In this document: positions 24,026-35,846 of the stretch, piece after piece
Layout of the letters: every line of letters starts with the position of its first letter
How positions within the stretch are numbered: position 1 is the first letter of the stretch
NCBI RefSeq assembly: GCF_000372725.1
Contig: NW_005202428.1
Coordinates: 248,001 to 312,000, forward strand
Length of the DNA: 64,000 nucleotides
Source of the DNA: Emiliania huxleyi CCMP1516
Taxonomy: Eukaryota
Direction of reading: 5' to 3'
Position numbers and translations under genes: made by a program
The notes under the pieces: model-generated
Told to the model about the DNA's origin: nothing
What the model saw: the letters and a program-made list of their open reading frames with translations, nothing else
Database searches by the model: none

Positions 24026-24951
24026 ATGCCCAGCACGCCGCCGCTCGCGCGGCCGCCGCCGGCCGAGAGCGCACCGTACGGTGCGGGAGGTGCAGGTCTG
24101 TTGGCGCCGACATTCGGGCCTGACGGTAGCCTGTACGCTGTTGCCAGCGAATCGGGCGACATTGTATCGGTCGCCAATGCCGCCGTCTTTCCCCTTCTAA
24201 ACACAGGGGGCAACCCAACGGTGTTGATCCCACCTAGTCCTCGCCCTCGCGCGGCCATTACATCCACCCATCTATCGTCGCCGTTCCCGCGCAGGCGGTC
24301 TGTTTTGCGGAGGGCGCGCTGTACGTGTGCGATTGGGCACACCGCGCCATCCTCTGCCGCGGCTCGGACGGTGTGCTCTCCGAGTTTGTGCGCGAGTACG
24401 AGGGCAGGGACCTCCTCGGCCCGTCGGGGATGACGACCGACGCCAAAGGCAACATCTACTTCACGGACTCCGGGCCGCTAGGCGAGACGACGCTGGGCGA
24501 GCGCGGCGGGTCTGTCTTCTCCATCTCCCGAGACGGGCAGCTGCTGCAGCCACTCGCGCTGGGGACGCTCTCCCACCCGTGCGGCCTCGCGCTCGCGCCG
24601 CGCGGCGGCGCCCTCTACGTGTGTGAGCTGCTCGCCAATCGCCTGCTCCGCTTTGTGCAGCGTCCGGCGGGGGTGTGGCACTGCTCAGTCTACTTCCAAT
24701 TCTCCGGAGGCCTCGGGCCGAGCGCTGTGGCGTGCGACGAGGACGGGCACGTCTACGTCGCCCTCTTCGACTTTGCCGGCCACGGCAGTGGCCAAGGGCG
24801 CGTGGCGGTGCTCTCGCCGCAAGGCACGCTGGTCAAGGAGATTGCCTGCCCTGGCGGCGCAGAAGTGAGCGGGATCGCCCTCGACCCGGCGGGCGGCGCG
24901 CTGATCGTCACCGATGCGTCCACCAGCCGCGTGCACAGGCTGGCGATTTGA
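24026..24951 (+). CDS. SMP-30/gluconolactonase-like beta-propeller; intron 24221-24294
   Basis: GPSGMTTDAKGNIYFTDSG, PCGLALAP..LYVCE and GPSAVACDEDGHVYVA blades. In-frame GT-AG intron. Confidence 0.82.
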
Positions 24952-25464
24952 GGGCGCGGCTTCCCTCTACACCTCACCCAAGAGAGGTTTGTGTTCTTTC
25001 GTAATCACAGCGATACTCTTCTTCCCTTGCTCAAGCGTCAAGGCCGGGGGAGCGAGGCCGTGTGTTTAGCGAGTCGATGGCCGTGGTTGACGAGTCGGGC
25101 CTTGCGTTGGCTGGCTCCATCTCCAAATGACAGTGATGATTAGTAGCGAGAGAGACAATAGGGGGCGCGCACAGCGCGGCACAGGGAGTCCAGACTCCAG
25201 AGACGAGAGAGAGACGGTCATCAGAGGTAAATTTCTACACACACGCAAAGTGGGGGCCTTTGGGGGGCTTTTACCCATCTCACAATAGAGGTATCCGTTT
25301 TTTGTGCAACTCCACACCAAGACACAGTGCGAGCGCACAAGAGGCCCCACCGCGCCACGCGCCGTTCAAAGAGTGCCAATATGTGGGCCAATCCACCACG
25401 AACGAAACAACACTTGGCTCAGCCTCAGGCGGGTAATGCGCCCCCCGCACCCACACCCTCCTGC

Positions 25465-26937
25465 TCACCGCCCCGGCGCCCACGCCTCGATCTTCTTGGG
25501 CAGCACCTGGTTCGACAGGTCCTCTCCGTGGCCAAGGCAGCCGCGCTTGCCTTTGCCCCAAGTAAAGACGGCACCGGCGGTGAGGGCGAGGCTGTGGTCT
25601 TCTCCCGTCAGCACGGCGACGACGTGCTGCCCAGCCAAGGCCTCGACCTGCTTGGGCAGCAGCTTCTCCTGCGTGTCGCCGTGGCCCAACAGGCCCCCGC
25701 CTCCACCGCCCCAGCTCCAGACGGCTCCGTCGGCGGTGAGGGCGAGGCTGTGGTTGTGTGCTGCCGACACAGCGACAGCGCGCTGCCCAGCCAAGGCCTC
25801 GACCTTCTTGGGCAGCAGCTGCTCCTGCGGGTCGCCGTGGCCCAGCTGGCCGAGGCCTCCATCGCCCCAGCTCCAGACAGCGTTGTCGGCGGTGATGGCG
25901 AGGCTGTGGCGATATCCAGCCGAGACAGCGATGACGCGCTGCCCAGCCAAGGCCTCGACCTGCTTGGGCAGCAGCTCGCGCTGCTGGCCGCCGTGGCCCA
26001 GCTTGCCAAAGCCTCCTTCGCCCCAGCTCCACACACCTCCGTCGGCGGTGATGGCGAGGTTGTGGTTAAGTCCAGCCGAGACAGCGACGACGCGCTGGTC
26101 AGCCAACGCCTCAATCTTCTTGGGCAGCCACTGGTCCTGCTGGTCGCCGTGGCCCAACCGGCCAAAGTATCCATAGCCCCAGCTCCAGAGGGCGCCGTCG
26201 GCGGTGAGGACCAGGTTGTGGTTAAGTCCCGCCGACACGGCGACGACGCGCGGGCCCGTAAAGCCCTCGACCTTCTTCGGCAGCAGTTGGTTCTGCTGGT
26301 CGCCGTGGCCCAACCGGCCCCCGCCTCCATCGCCCCAGCTCCAGACAGAGCCGTCGGCGGTGAGGGCAAGGCTGTGACTATAGCCAGCCGACACGCTCAC
26401 GGCGCGCTCGCCGCCCAGCGCCGACGGGAGGCGGGTCGGTGTGTTGAGCCGCGTCACGCCCTCGCCGTGGCCGAGAAGGCCTGGAAACTGCTCCTCCTCG
26501 TCGTCGTCGTCGTCCTCCTCGCCCTCCGCTGCCGCTGACCCGCACGACGAGAGCCGCCCCTCGCCGTCGATGAAGAGGCTGTGGAAGGAGCCTGCCGCCG
26601 CCCTCGCCGGCGGGTTGGCCTCGCACAGCAGCGCAACGAAGCACAGCCACCGCACGGCGCAGCCCTCGCCCTCTGGCTGCACCGGCAGCACGTAGCCGCG
26701 CTCTTGCGCCCACAAGCGGATGGCCTGCACCGCGAGCGAGGCGTGAAAGAGGAGCGAGACGGCTGCGACGCGAGCGATGTCGGCGGGGCTTTCGCAGCGA
26801 GAGAGGGCGCGCTCGAGGAGCTCCGTGGGAAGGTCGAGGAGGCGGGCGGGCGGCGGCTTGCTCGGCGAGGGCGCGGCGGTGGAGGCGGGGGCGGCGAGGC
26901 GGCGCGAGCGGCGCGAGCGGCGCGGCGGGGTGGACAT
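25465..26937 (-). CDS. F-box-like + RCC1-repeat protein
   Basis: N-terminal LLDLPTELLERALSRC followed by about 7 RCC1 repeats. Intronless. Confidence 0.9.
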   Translation of the reverse strand: MSTPPRRSRRSRRLAAPASTAAPSPSKPPPARLLDLPTELLERALSRCESPADIARVAAVSLLFHASLAVQAIRLWAQERGYVLPVQPEGEGCAVRWLCFVALLCEANPPARAAAGSFHSLFIDGEGRLSSCGSAAAEGEEDDDDDEEEQFPGLLGHGEGVTRLNTPTRLPSALGGERAVSVSAGYSHSLALTADGSVWSWGDGGGGRLGHGDQQNQLLPKKVEGFTGPRVVAVSAGLNHNLVLTADGALWSWGYGYFGRLGHGDQQDQWLPKKIEALADQRVVAVSAGLNHNLAITADGGVWSWGEGGFGKLGHGGQQRELLPKQVEALAGQRVIAVSAGYRHSLAITADNAVWSWGDGGLGQLGHGDPQEQLLPKKVEALAGQRAVAVSAAHNHSLALTADGAVWSWGGGGGGLLGHGDTQEKLLPKQVEALAGQHVVAVLTGEDHSLALTAGAVFTWGKGKRGCLGHGEDLSNQVLPKKIEAWAPGR

Positions 26938-27463
26938 ATCGCGAGAAAAAGAAAACCTGCGGGTCAGCACACCCCAGCGCGGATGCGAGATGAAGAAGGC
27001 GGCGGAATCTCGAGAAAGAGAAACGCAGTCACTGGTTAACCAGTGGAAATCCCGTTGTCAGCCGTCACGATGCACCCGAAGGGGACCCCAGCGCCGGCAT
27101 CATCAGTGAAGGCACAAGTGTTCGAAGAGAGAGTGGACCTGAGCAATGATATGACTGGGCGGCAAATGATAGCAGTGGGCGTCAGAAGACTCGTCCTTGC
27201 TCGAGGAGAGCTCGGCAGCCTCCGTTGGACCCAACACCGCTCACAAACACAAAAACAATAGGGCAGAACCTGTCGCTCCAGCGAGAGGGCGGCACTGGGT
27301 GGCGCGCGGGGTGGAGACGGCGGGAGATACGCCGGTAGGCGGTAGAGCTCTCGCTGGTTGTCGAAAGGTGAAGAACAGCCAGGCTCGGACACTGGAAACC
27401 AGCGCGGTATGGATGGACGCAGCTCGCAGGAAGCGAAAACAAAACCTTTCGCAGTTATCAGCC

Positions 27464-27570
27464 TAAAAAAAAAGAAGGAAAACAGGCAACCCAAGGGAGG
27501 GATGGGAGAACGGCACGCCGCCACCACACAGGGATTTTAAGGAGAGGGGTGTGCGTCGCCCACCCTCGCC
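27464..27570 (+). repeat. Dispersed repeat family B (copies about 1267-1316, 47975-48042, 48591-48700)
   Basis: Shared AAAGAAAACAG..CAAGGGAGGGATGGGAG.ACGGCACGCCGCCACCACACA. The 1267 copy has only the first half. Confidence 0.8.
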
Positions 27571-27703
27571 AGCTAAAATTCTTCTCCCGCCGGTGTTGCG
27601 GAGCTCCTCGTAGGGCGTGGGAGCTGCCTCGACGCCGCGTGGGAGGCCGGAGCTGTCCGCCGCGTCGGAGGCCGGAGCTGTCCGCTACGACGCGTTCGGA
27701 GGA

Positions 27704-30700
27704 ATGGTGGTGACTCTCGTGGCCACCGGCCTCCTCCTACCAACGCCGGCTCTCCGTCAGCTCAGAAGCGGCGTGCCATTGTCCAGCCTCCTCGATGACT
27801 TGGCGGAGGAGGCCTCAAACTCGTGGCTCATGCGGTTCCTCAACCGGCCAAAGGAGGACGCGGCGCTGCAGTACGAGCAACAGGGGTACAACACGCTTGA
27901 AGGCATGAGCACCCGCCTCGAGGTGGAGCGCTCGCCCATCTCCGAGCAGCCGGTCATGGACTCGGGGGGGTGCTGACCTCTCTCACCCGGCGAGACCCGA
28001 CTAGTCCGGCGGACCGATGATAGGTCATGTTCACGACGAGCCTCGACGGCACCGATCCGAGCTTTGATTTCGAGCGATGGGAGGTCCACCGCTCGCAGGC
28101 CCGGTACGGACGGCTCGTGCTTGGCATCCTCTTTGGGAAAACCACGCAGCGGATCGGCCCGACCGTGCTGGCGGTCTGCCTCTTCTCGTCGCTCGTGTTC
28201 GCATACAACAACGTCTTCCTGGCGGCGACGCAGTTCATCGCGGTGAATCCGCTCTACCCGGAGCTGCAGCTGCCGCTGACGCCGTTCGAGCTCACCGCGC
28301 CCGTCCTCGGCCCGCCGCCCGCCTTCCGTGGCTGATCTCGGCTGATCTCGGCTAATCTCGCGGCTGATCCCGGCTGATCTCGGCTGATGTCGAGCCGTAG
28401 GCTTGCTGCTCGTCTTCCGGACCGACACGGCGCCGCCCGCCCGTCGCCCTTGCCACCTCAGCCCGCCGCCGCACTTTGCCCGCCGCCACCCTTAGCCCGC
28501 CTCCGCCCTTAGCCCGCCTCCGCCCTTAGCCCGCCTTCGCACTTAGCCCGCCTTCGCACTTAGCCCGCCTTCGCACTTAGCCCGCCTCCGCCCGCTCCAG
28601 GCGTACGAGCGCTTCAGCCTCGGCTCGCAGCTCGCGTGGGAGATCGCGGCCCTCTGTCAATTAATTAGCCATCACGTTAATGAAATCAGGCTCGCAGCTC
28701 GCGTGGGAGATCGCGGCCCTCTGTCAATTAATCAGCCATCACGTTAATGAAATCAGGCTCGCAGCTCGCGTGGGAGATCGCGGCCCTCTGTCAATTAATC
28801 AGCCATCACGTTAATGAAATCAGGCTCGCAGCTCGCGTGGGAGATCGCGGCCCTCTGTCAATTAATCAGCCATCACGTTAATGAAATCAGGCTCGCAGCT
28901 CGCGTGGGAGATCGCGGCCCTCTGTCAATTAATCAGCCATCACGTTAATGAAATCAGGCTCGCAGCTCGCGTGGGAGATCACGGCCTTTGTCAATTAATT
29001 AACCATCGTATGAATGAAATCAGGCTCGCAGCTCGCGTGGGAGATCACGGCGAGCATGCGCTCCCTCATGCGGCGGCTGACCGCCTTCACGAGCCCTGAG
29101 CTCTTCTCGGACGGCGAGATATAGCCGAGATAAGCCGAGATGCAGCCGAGATACAGCCGAGATACAGCCGAGGTAGCCGAGGTGTAGCTGAGGCGTAGCC
29201 GAGATAGCCGAGGTGTAGCCGAGGTTGGACGGCGAGCGCGCGGCGGCGGAGGACGTGTCCACGACACGCCCACGACACGTCCACGACACGCCCACGACAC
29301 GCCCACGACACGTCCACGACACGTCCGCGACACGTCCGCGACACGTCCACAACACATCCGCGACACGCCCACGACACGTCCGCGACACGCCCACGACACG
29401 TCCGCGACACGTCCACGACACGTCCGAGACACGTCCACGACACGTCCGCGACACGTCCACGACACGTCCGAGACACGTCCGAGACACACCCCCGCAGGCG
29501 AGCGCGCGGCGGCGGAGGACCTGATCCAGGCGTGCACGCTGGTCCACGGCTGGATCATGACCTCGTACCTGCGCGGAGGGCTCGACCGCCGCCGCTCGGC
29601 GCCCATCGACGAGATGCAGGAGGCGCTGCTGCGCGCCGCGCTCGGCGTGGAGGAGGGGGAGGAGGAGGAGGAGGGGGGCGGCGAGGCGCGAACCGATGCC
29701 GCGGAGCCGGCACCGGCCCCGTCGCCTTACCTGTGGATCTCGGCCATGGCGGTTGGCGTCTCGCAGCGGCTGCCTGGCCTGACGGACCAGGAGCGGCCAT
29801 ATCTCCCCATATCTCCCCATATCTCCCCATATCTCACTGCCCGGCCTGACGGACCAGGAGCGGCCATATCTCCCGATATCTCCCCATATCTCCCCATATC
29901 TTACTGCCCGGCCTGACGGACCAGGAGCGGCCATATCTCCCCATATCTCCCCATATCTTACTGCCCGGCCTGACGGACCAGGAGCGGCCATATCTCCCCA
30001 TATCTCCCCATGTCTCCCCATATCTTACTGCCCGGCCTGACGGACCAGGAGCGGATCGCGATGGACGACCTCCTCACGACGGCGGCCACGAGATTTCTTT
30101 TTCGGACATTTCTTTCTTTTGTGCCGACGGGGATTCTTCCGTTTCTAGGTGGACCACGCAACACCGATTTCTTGGAGCACTTGGGCGCAGCCGATTTCTT
30201 CTTTCTTCGTGCGTAGGTGGCCGCCGACCTCGCAAAGTGCGAGAAGCTCGTCTCGACCCCGATCCCGCTCGGCTACACCCGCTCGTCGGTCCGCCGCCCC
30301 GTTGTGGCCAGGTGGCCTCCCGAGTTTCCCCGAGATTCTCCGAGATCATCCGAGCACGAGTTGGGGCGTAGGTCCGGTTCCTCTGGATCTGGATCACGCT
30401 GCTGCCCTTCGCCCTCTCGCGCACGTTCGCCGACTTCCAAGCCGGCACGTGGTGGGAGGACAAGCCGAGGTGACCCGAGACTGCCCGAGATCACCCGAGA
30501 TCACCCGAGATTAGGCACGTGGTGGGAGGACAAGCCGCTCGCCGAGCTGCCCGTGCTGCTGACCACGATGCTCTTCATCTCCTTCATCTTCCTCTCCATC
30601 GAGGACACACACATACGCACACACGCACACACGCACGCACGCACACACGCACGCACGCACACGCGCACACACGCACGCACGCACGCACGCGCACACACGC

Positions 30701-31085
30701 GCACACACTCCCACACCGCTTCATCCACGCGCACTGGGCCTTGTCGTCTAGACGTGGAGTCGCGAGGGTCGGCCCCCCCTGCCCCAAAACCATGTGTGTG
30801 TGGAGAAATTTACCTTAGCTCACCTCACCGTAGGACATCGCCGTCCAGATCGAGGAGCCCTTCGCCATCCTGCCGCTCCACGTGCAGCACCAGTGGCTGC
30901 TGCGCGACGCCGAGCAGACGCGCTGGCTGATGCGGTACGGCTCGCGGCAGCGAGTCCGCCGAGCAGGCGCGGCGGCGCGGAGGGGCGAGGACCGCGGCAG
31001 GGAGGAAGACAGCAGTGAGCAGGACCGCAGTGAGCCCGAGCGCCCGCCGCCGGAGGCTGCCGTGAAGGGGGAGGTCGAGAGCTAG
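27704..31085 (+). CDS. Bestrophin-like (UPF0187/VCCN-type) anion channel, 11 exons (introns 27953-28023, 28310-28400, 28430-28600, 28623-29023, 29114-29497, 29791-30048, 30082-30216, 30289-30371, 30445-30514, 30604-30833)
   Basis: The spliced product contains LGLLLVFRTDTAYERF, CEKLVSTPIPLGYTR and LSIEDIAVQIEEPF. The hydrophobic N-terminus is compatible with plastid targeting. Confidence 0.85.
28623..29023 (+). repeat. Intron made of six ~67-nt tandem units (exon-start copy + AT-rich filler ending AATCAG)
   Basis: Units end at 28689, 28756, 28823, 28890, 28957 and 29023. Confidence 0.92.
30608..30833 (+). mobile_element. (CA)n/(TTACC)n element copy forming bestrophin intron 10
   Basis: TGTCGTCTAGACGTGGAG..GCGAGGGT..CCCCCCCTGCCCCA..GTGTGTGTGGAGAAATTTACCTTA matches about 18690-18770. 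Flanked by GACA/GACA. Confidence 0.8.
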
Positions 31086-31917
31086 TAGACATGAAAGCAG
31101 TTTGGCAGGCAAAGCAGCCGTAGTTAGCGTGTCTTTGTTGAGGCTTGAGGTTGAGCTCGAGTGTCGAGACACAAAAGTCAAAACATACCGGTTACACCGT
31201 GCAGATGTACTCTACTCTCTCCTACTGGTACTGCAAAACCTGGCCTGCTTTTAGATTTTACTGAAACACACCTTGCGAGGGCGGGCCTGAGCCCTGACGA
31301 TCGAGGGGTCCCGTACCATGCGGAATCGACCCTATCCGAAGTGCTCAAGTGCTCAAGATTTTACAGCGTCAGCCGTCCTCACACAAAGAGTTCGATTAAA
31401 GCCGTACTCTCCCAGTGTGAGTCTGGGAACACCAGCTCGTCTCACCAAAACGCAAAAAACGTTACACCCACACCCACGGCCACGCCCTTGATGAAACTAT
31501 TGCCAAGTCATCTTTAACCGTCGTCTCAAATCGCAGATATACACACTCTCAACACTGTAACGCAATCTTTTTTCACACTCTCAACACTGTCCGTATCTCA
31601 ACGCGTCACAGTCATACCAAAACGCTCTCTCAACCACAAGCCCCAACGGCCACGCCCCACGACCACGAGTCCCACCCAGGGGAGTGCTCGCGCTGTCCCT
31701 ATCGCCCTAACTGATCCTGCGGTGGCCACGCTCGGGCTCGAGAGTCTCACTGCGCGGTCTGCGCGCGTGCCTCGTCGCCAAGCCCCCCCCCCCCCCCCTC
31801 CCCCCTCCAGGTTTATCTCCCAGGCCTGCTCCAGTCTCCACGCGGAGCCTCCAACCAGCGGCGCCGCCGACGAGTCAACTGCCCAAAGACACGAAGCAAC
31901 GAAGCGCACCAAGCGGA

Positions 31918-34450
31918 TCAGAGGTTGTAGGTCGGATAGGCCGTTTTACGATCGTTTGGAGCGCTGACACCCGTCTGCTGGTCGAGCACCTTGTAAACCC
32001 CGTCTCCATGCTCGCAGGAGAAGGTTGGCATGTCGTTGGCGGTGACGGCGCTTGTGATGGACGGTGAGAGCGTGAGAGTGACGACGACATTGGTTGAGGA
32101 GGTGGAGCAGCAGTTCTTGGTGTTGACGCTGCCATCGATGAGCTTGAGCGAGCCCTCACCTGCGTTCCTATCTCCACCCGCGTTGCTGACGCAGTCCGTC
32201 ACGGAGAGCTGTGACCCGCTGCTCTCGTACAGCCGGATCTCGCTCAACTGCCACTGGCTTCGAGCTGTGCCCCCGCGCGATTGGTGAACTCGAATCGGCA
32301 CTTGGACGGAGGCGGGGGAGGTGGAGGTGGAAGGTCCGGGTCGTAGGCCCGCGGCTTCTCGAGGCAGCTATCGGCGACTTTGTCCACGCAGTAGGTCCGG
32401 TCGTCCGAGGAGAACTCCAAATCGTTGCAAGCGACACACTCGCCCTGGCCGAATTTCGGTTGGTGCGTGCCCTCTGGGCAGCGGGTGCACCCGTTGACCG
32501 CGCCGGTGGATGCGTCCGAGTAGGTGCCGGGCCGGCAGTCGTAGCAGCGCTGTGTCCCCCAGGTGTCGGGGTCGTCCTCGTCGCGGTAGACCGCGGTGTT
32601 GAAGAACTGGCCGTCGGGACACGGCTCGCAGGTGTCGCTGCCGAGCGGCCGCACGCCGAAGCCACGGCCGGATCGGCAGGGGAAGTAGTCGCAGCGCTCG
32701 CCGTCGCCGGGCTGCTGGACGTGGTCGGGGGTGCACTCGACGCAGGCGGAGAGCTCGGTGCCGCCGACAAACGGGTGGCCCATAAACGCGGGGCACTTGT
32801 AACACCAGCTTGCGCCGTGGAGCTGTGCACCTCCGTTTGAGCAGACGCTCCCAAAGAGGATCTGGTTCTCTGCGTTGGAGTTGCCGACCACGACGTCCAC
32901 GAATCCGTCCCCGTCGACGTCCGCCACCGAGGTGGAGTAAGTGACCCTGCTCCCTCCAGGGAGGGTGGCCTCGGAGAAGGTCCTCCCGTCCGCGCTCCCA
33001 AAGAGGATCTGGTGCTCTTGGTTGAAGTTGCCAAGCACGATGTCCATGAACCCGTCCCCGTCGACGTCCGCAACCGAGGTGGAGTAAGTGTCCCTGCTCC
33101 CTCCAGGGAGGGCGACCTCGGAGAAGGTCCTCCCGTCCGCGCTCCCAAAGAGGATCTGGTTCACTTGGCCGGCGTTGCCGACCACGATGTCCATGAACCC
33201 GTCCCCGTCGACGTCCGCCACCGAGGTGGAGTAAGTGATCCTGCTGCCAGGGAGGGCGACCTCGAAGAAGGTCCTCCCGTCCGCGCTGCCAAAGAAGATC
33301 TGGTTCACTTGGCCGGCGTTGCCGACCACGATGTCCATGAACCCGTCCCCGTCGACGTCCGCCACCGAGGTGGAGTAAGTGAACCTGCTGCCAGGGAGGG
33401 CGACCTCGAAGAAGGTCCTCCCGTCCGCGCTGCCAAAGAAGATCTGGTTCTCTTGGTTGTAGTTGCCGACCACGATGTCCATGAACCCGTCCCCGTCGAC
33501 GTCCGCCACCGAGGTGGAGTAAGTGAACCTGCTGCCAGGGAGGGCGACCTCGAAGAAGGTCCTCCCGTCCGCGCTGCCAAAGAAGATCTGATGGCATGTT
33601 GACTGCCGACGTTCTCGACGCGCCGTGAGACTGTCAGCGTGCAGGTCACGCGGCAGGCGCTCGCCCCGCAGCCGCACGTGTCTTCTATTGGGGGGCAGAC
33701 GTCGCCACTCGTCTTGTCGCAGATCCAGTCGGTGTACGAGGCGACCCTCGTGTACGCCACCCTGCTCTCGCTCTTTGTAAAGCAGGGCGAAGCTTCAGGC
33801 GGCCCAAAGCTGGTCACGCCGACCAGCACCGCGTTCCCGTCGGCGTCCACCTTGTACAGCGGGCCGCCCGAGTCACCCCGGCGGGCGCCTGGAGCCGTGC
33901 AGATCATCTTGTCGGTGAGCTTCACGTTGAAGCAAAACGGATTGTCCGTCTCTGTCGAGTCGCACGTATCGGAGGCAAAGACCTGCACCTTCTTGTACTG
34001 CGCCGCGCCTGTCGTCGCGTCGCCGCCGCCGATGTTCCACCCAGCAACGATGAGCTCCGAGTTTGGCTCGTTGGTCACCGGGTCGTTGTCAAGGTGCTCA
34101 ATGTGGTCGTACTGCGCGTCATCCGTCAGCCTGATGAGCGCGATGTCGTTGGCCTTGAGGACCTCAACGTCGAGGACGTGATCTTCAGGAAGATTCCACT
34201 CCGTCTTGTATTCCGCTCTCTGCTCGTCCGTCCTGTAGTCCTCGTGCTGAATCGGCTTCTTCTCGTCCATTTGGACATAGATGGCGCATGTCTCGTCCTT
34301 GACAGAGTTCTTCGCGGAATGCAGGCCGACGGCGACCTGCAGCGCACCCGACTTGATGCAGTGTGCCGCAGTCAGGACCCAGCGCCGTCCGATCAGCGTG
34401 CCGGTGCAGTCGTGGGTCCCGGCGACTTGGAGCGAGACGAGGCGCAGGCG
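31918..34450 (-). CDS. Modular extracellular protein: trypsin-like (S1) protease + FG-GAP/VCBS repeats + Cys-rich repeats; exon structure and 5' end uncertain
   Basis: Catalytic triad motifs WVLTAAHC, DIALIRL and GDSGGPL. Five ADVDGDGFxDxVxGN repeats. CxxCPxGxY/F repeats. The parts lie in three frames, so introns or frameshifts are needed. Confidence 0.7.
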
Positions 34451-34738
34451 CGGGTGGGGCTTGGGCGGGGGGCGAAGCCGGGAGCGGCTCGCGGGTTGGT
34501 CCGGTGGGGGGGGCGGGGCGGGGCGGGGCGGGGTGGATCGGGTCGGGGCGGGGCGGGGCGGGGTTGCTCGGGTCGGGGTGGGGCGGGGTTGTGGGGTGGG
34601 GTGGGGATGTCGGGTTGGGGAGTGGGTGGGCGCCGGAGTGGGAGTGGTGTGACTGCTCCTGTGGTGCGGGCGACGGCTTCTGAGGAAGCCGTCGTCCGCG
34701 CCTCACCTGTCGCGTGAATCGTGTCGTGCGACCGCCGA

Positions 34739-35846
34739 ATGAAAATTCTTTACACCGCAGCCGCCATGACCGTCCTGAGGCGACCCGTGCCTCCGCTCCG
34801 CCACATCTCGAGCGAAGCGCTTCCGCCTTCCATTGCTGCCCTCCGCCGCTCGTCACGCTCCAAGCTCCGGCCTCGCGACGCCGCGTCGCTCTCCGCTCTC
34901 TCAGGGATGCCGCCGCTCTGGCCGCAAGTCGTCGACACAGTCTGCTCGGCCGGCGTGCTGCCGCGCAAGGAGCTCTTCGAGGCGTGGGAGGTGGCCGTGT
35001 GCGTCGACGCTGCGTTCCCGGCGATTCCGCTCGTCGCGGACCTGGCTGCTGGCCACGGCCTGCTCGCGTGGCTCTTGCTGCTGCTCGGCGCTCGGCGCGG
35101 CGTCCGCCGCCGGGCCGTGTGCGTCGACACACGCCTCCCTGACGCGGCGCTCTCGCTGAGCGACGCCTTTGGCGAGCGCTGGCCCGAGCTGCGCGGTCAG
35201 CACCAGTACGTCGAGGGGACGTTGGACGCGGTGAGCGCCGCGCCCGGCGAGGCGCTCTTCACGTCGGTGCACGCTTGCGGTCCGCTCTCGGACCGCGTGA
35301 TCGAGCGCGCTGTGGCCAGCGCCTGCCCCGTCGCCCTCGTCCCCTGCTGCCACTCGCTCCGCAAGCAGCCGCCTCCGCCGCCCTTTACTCGCGCGGCGCT
35401 CGAGGCGGCTCCCGCACCACCCACGGGACTGACCGCACACTGGGTTCGGTACTCTGGAGGTATGGTACTAGGTGGCAGCCGCGGTCCTCGGCCAGCCGGC
35501 GGCGATCGACGGCTTTCGGATCGCGTCGCTGCGCGGCCGCGGCTACAGCATCGATCTGCGGCACATCCCGGCCGACATCTCCCCATACAACTCCCTCCTC
35601 CTCGCCACGCCGCCGGCGGACGCCGCCGCAGCGGCGGCGGCGGCCGCCGACGCGCGCGCGTCCGCCGCGGCCTCGCGCGCCGCGGTGGGGTCAATAGAGG
35701 GGAAGGGCCACGGGGGAGGGAGGGGGCGGAAGGCGCAGTGCGTCTCGCACTCCTCGTGCTTTGGGGCGCGGCCTGCTCGCTGCTGCCGCCGCCGCTTCCA
35801 CACACCGAAGAGGCCCCACGCCAGACAGCGCGGGGCACCCTTCTGA
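34739..35846 (+). CDS. Class I SAM-dependent methyltransferase (Methyltransf_32-like); intron 35405-35471
   Basis: ADLAAGHGLL, VHACGPLSD and VPCCH motifs. Confidence 0.8.

Noticed and set aside
25280..26538. Plus-strand ORFs opposite the RCC1 gene, and similar shadow ORFs throughout
   Set aside because: Antisense shadows expected at high GC, with no recognisable motifs.
28623..29023. CRISPR-like array with 67-nt period
   Set aside because: The apparent spacers are near-identical, the repeat is a copy of the next exon, there are no cas genes, and it lies in a eukaryotic intron.
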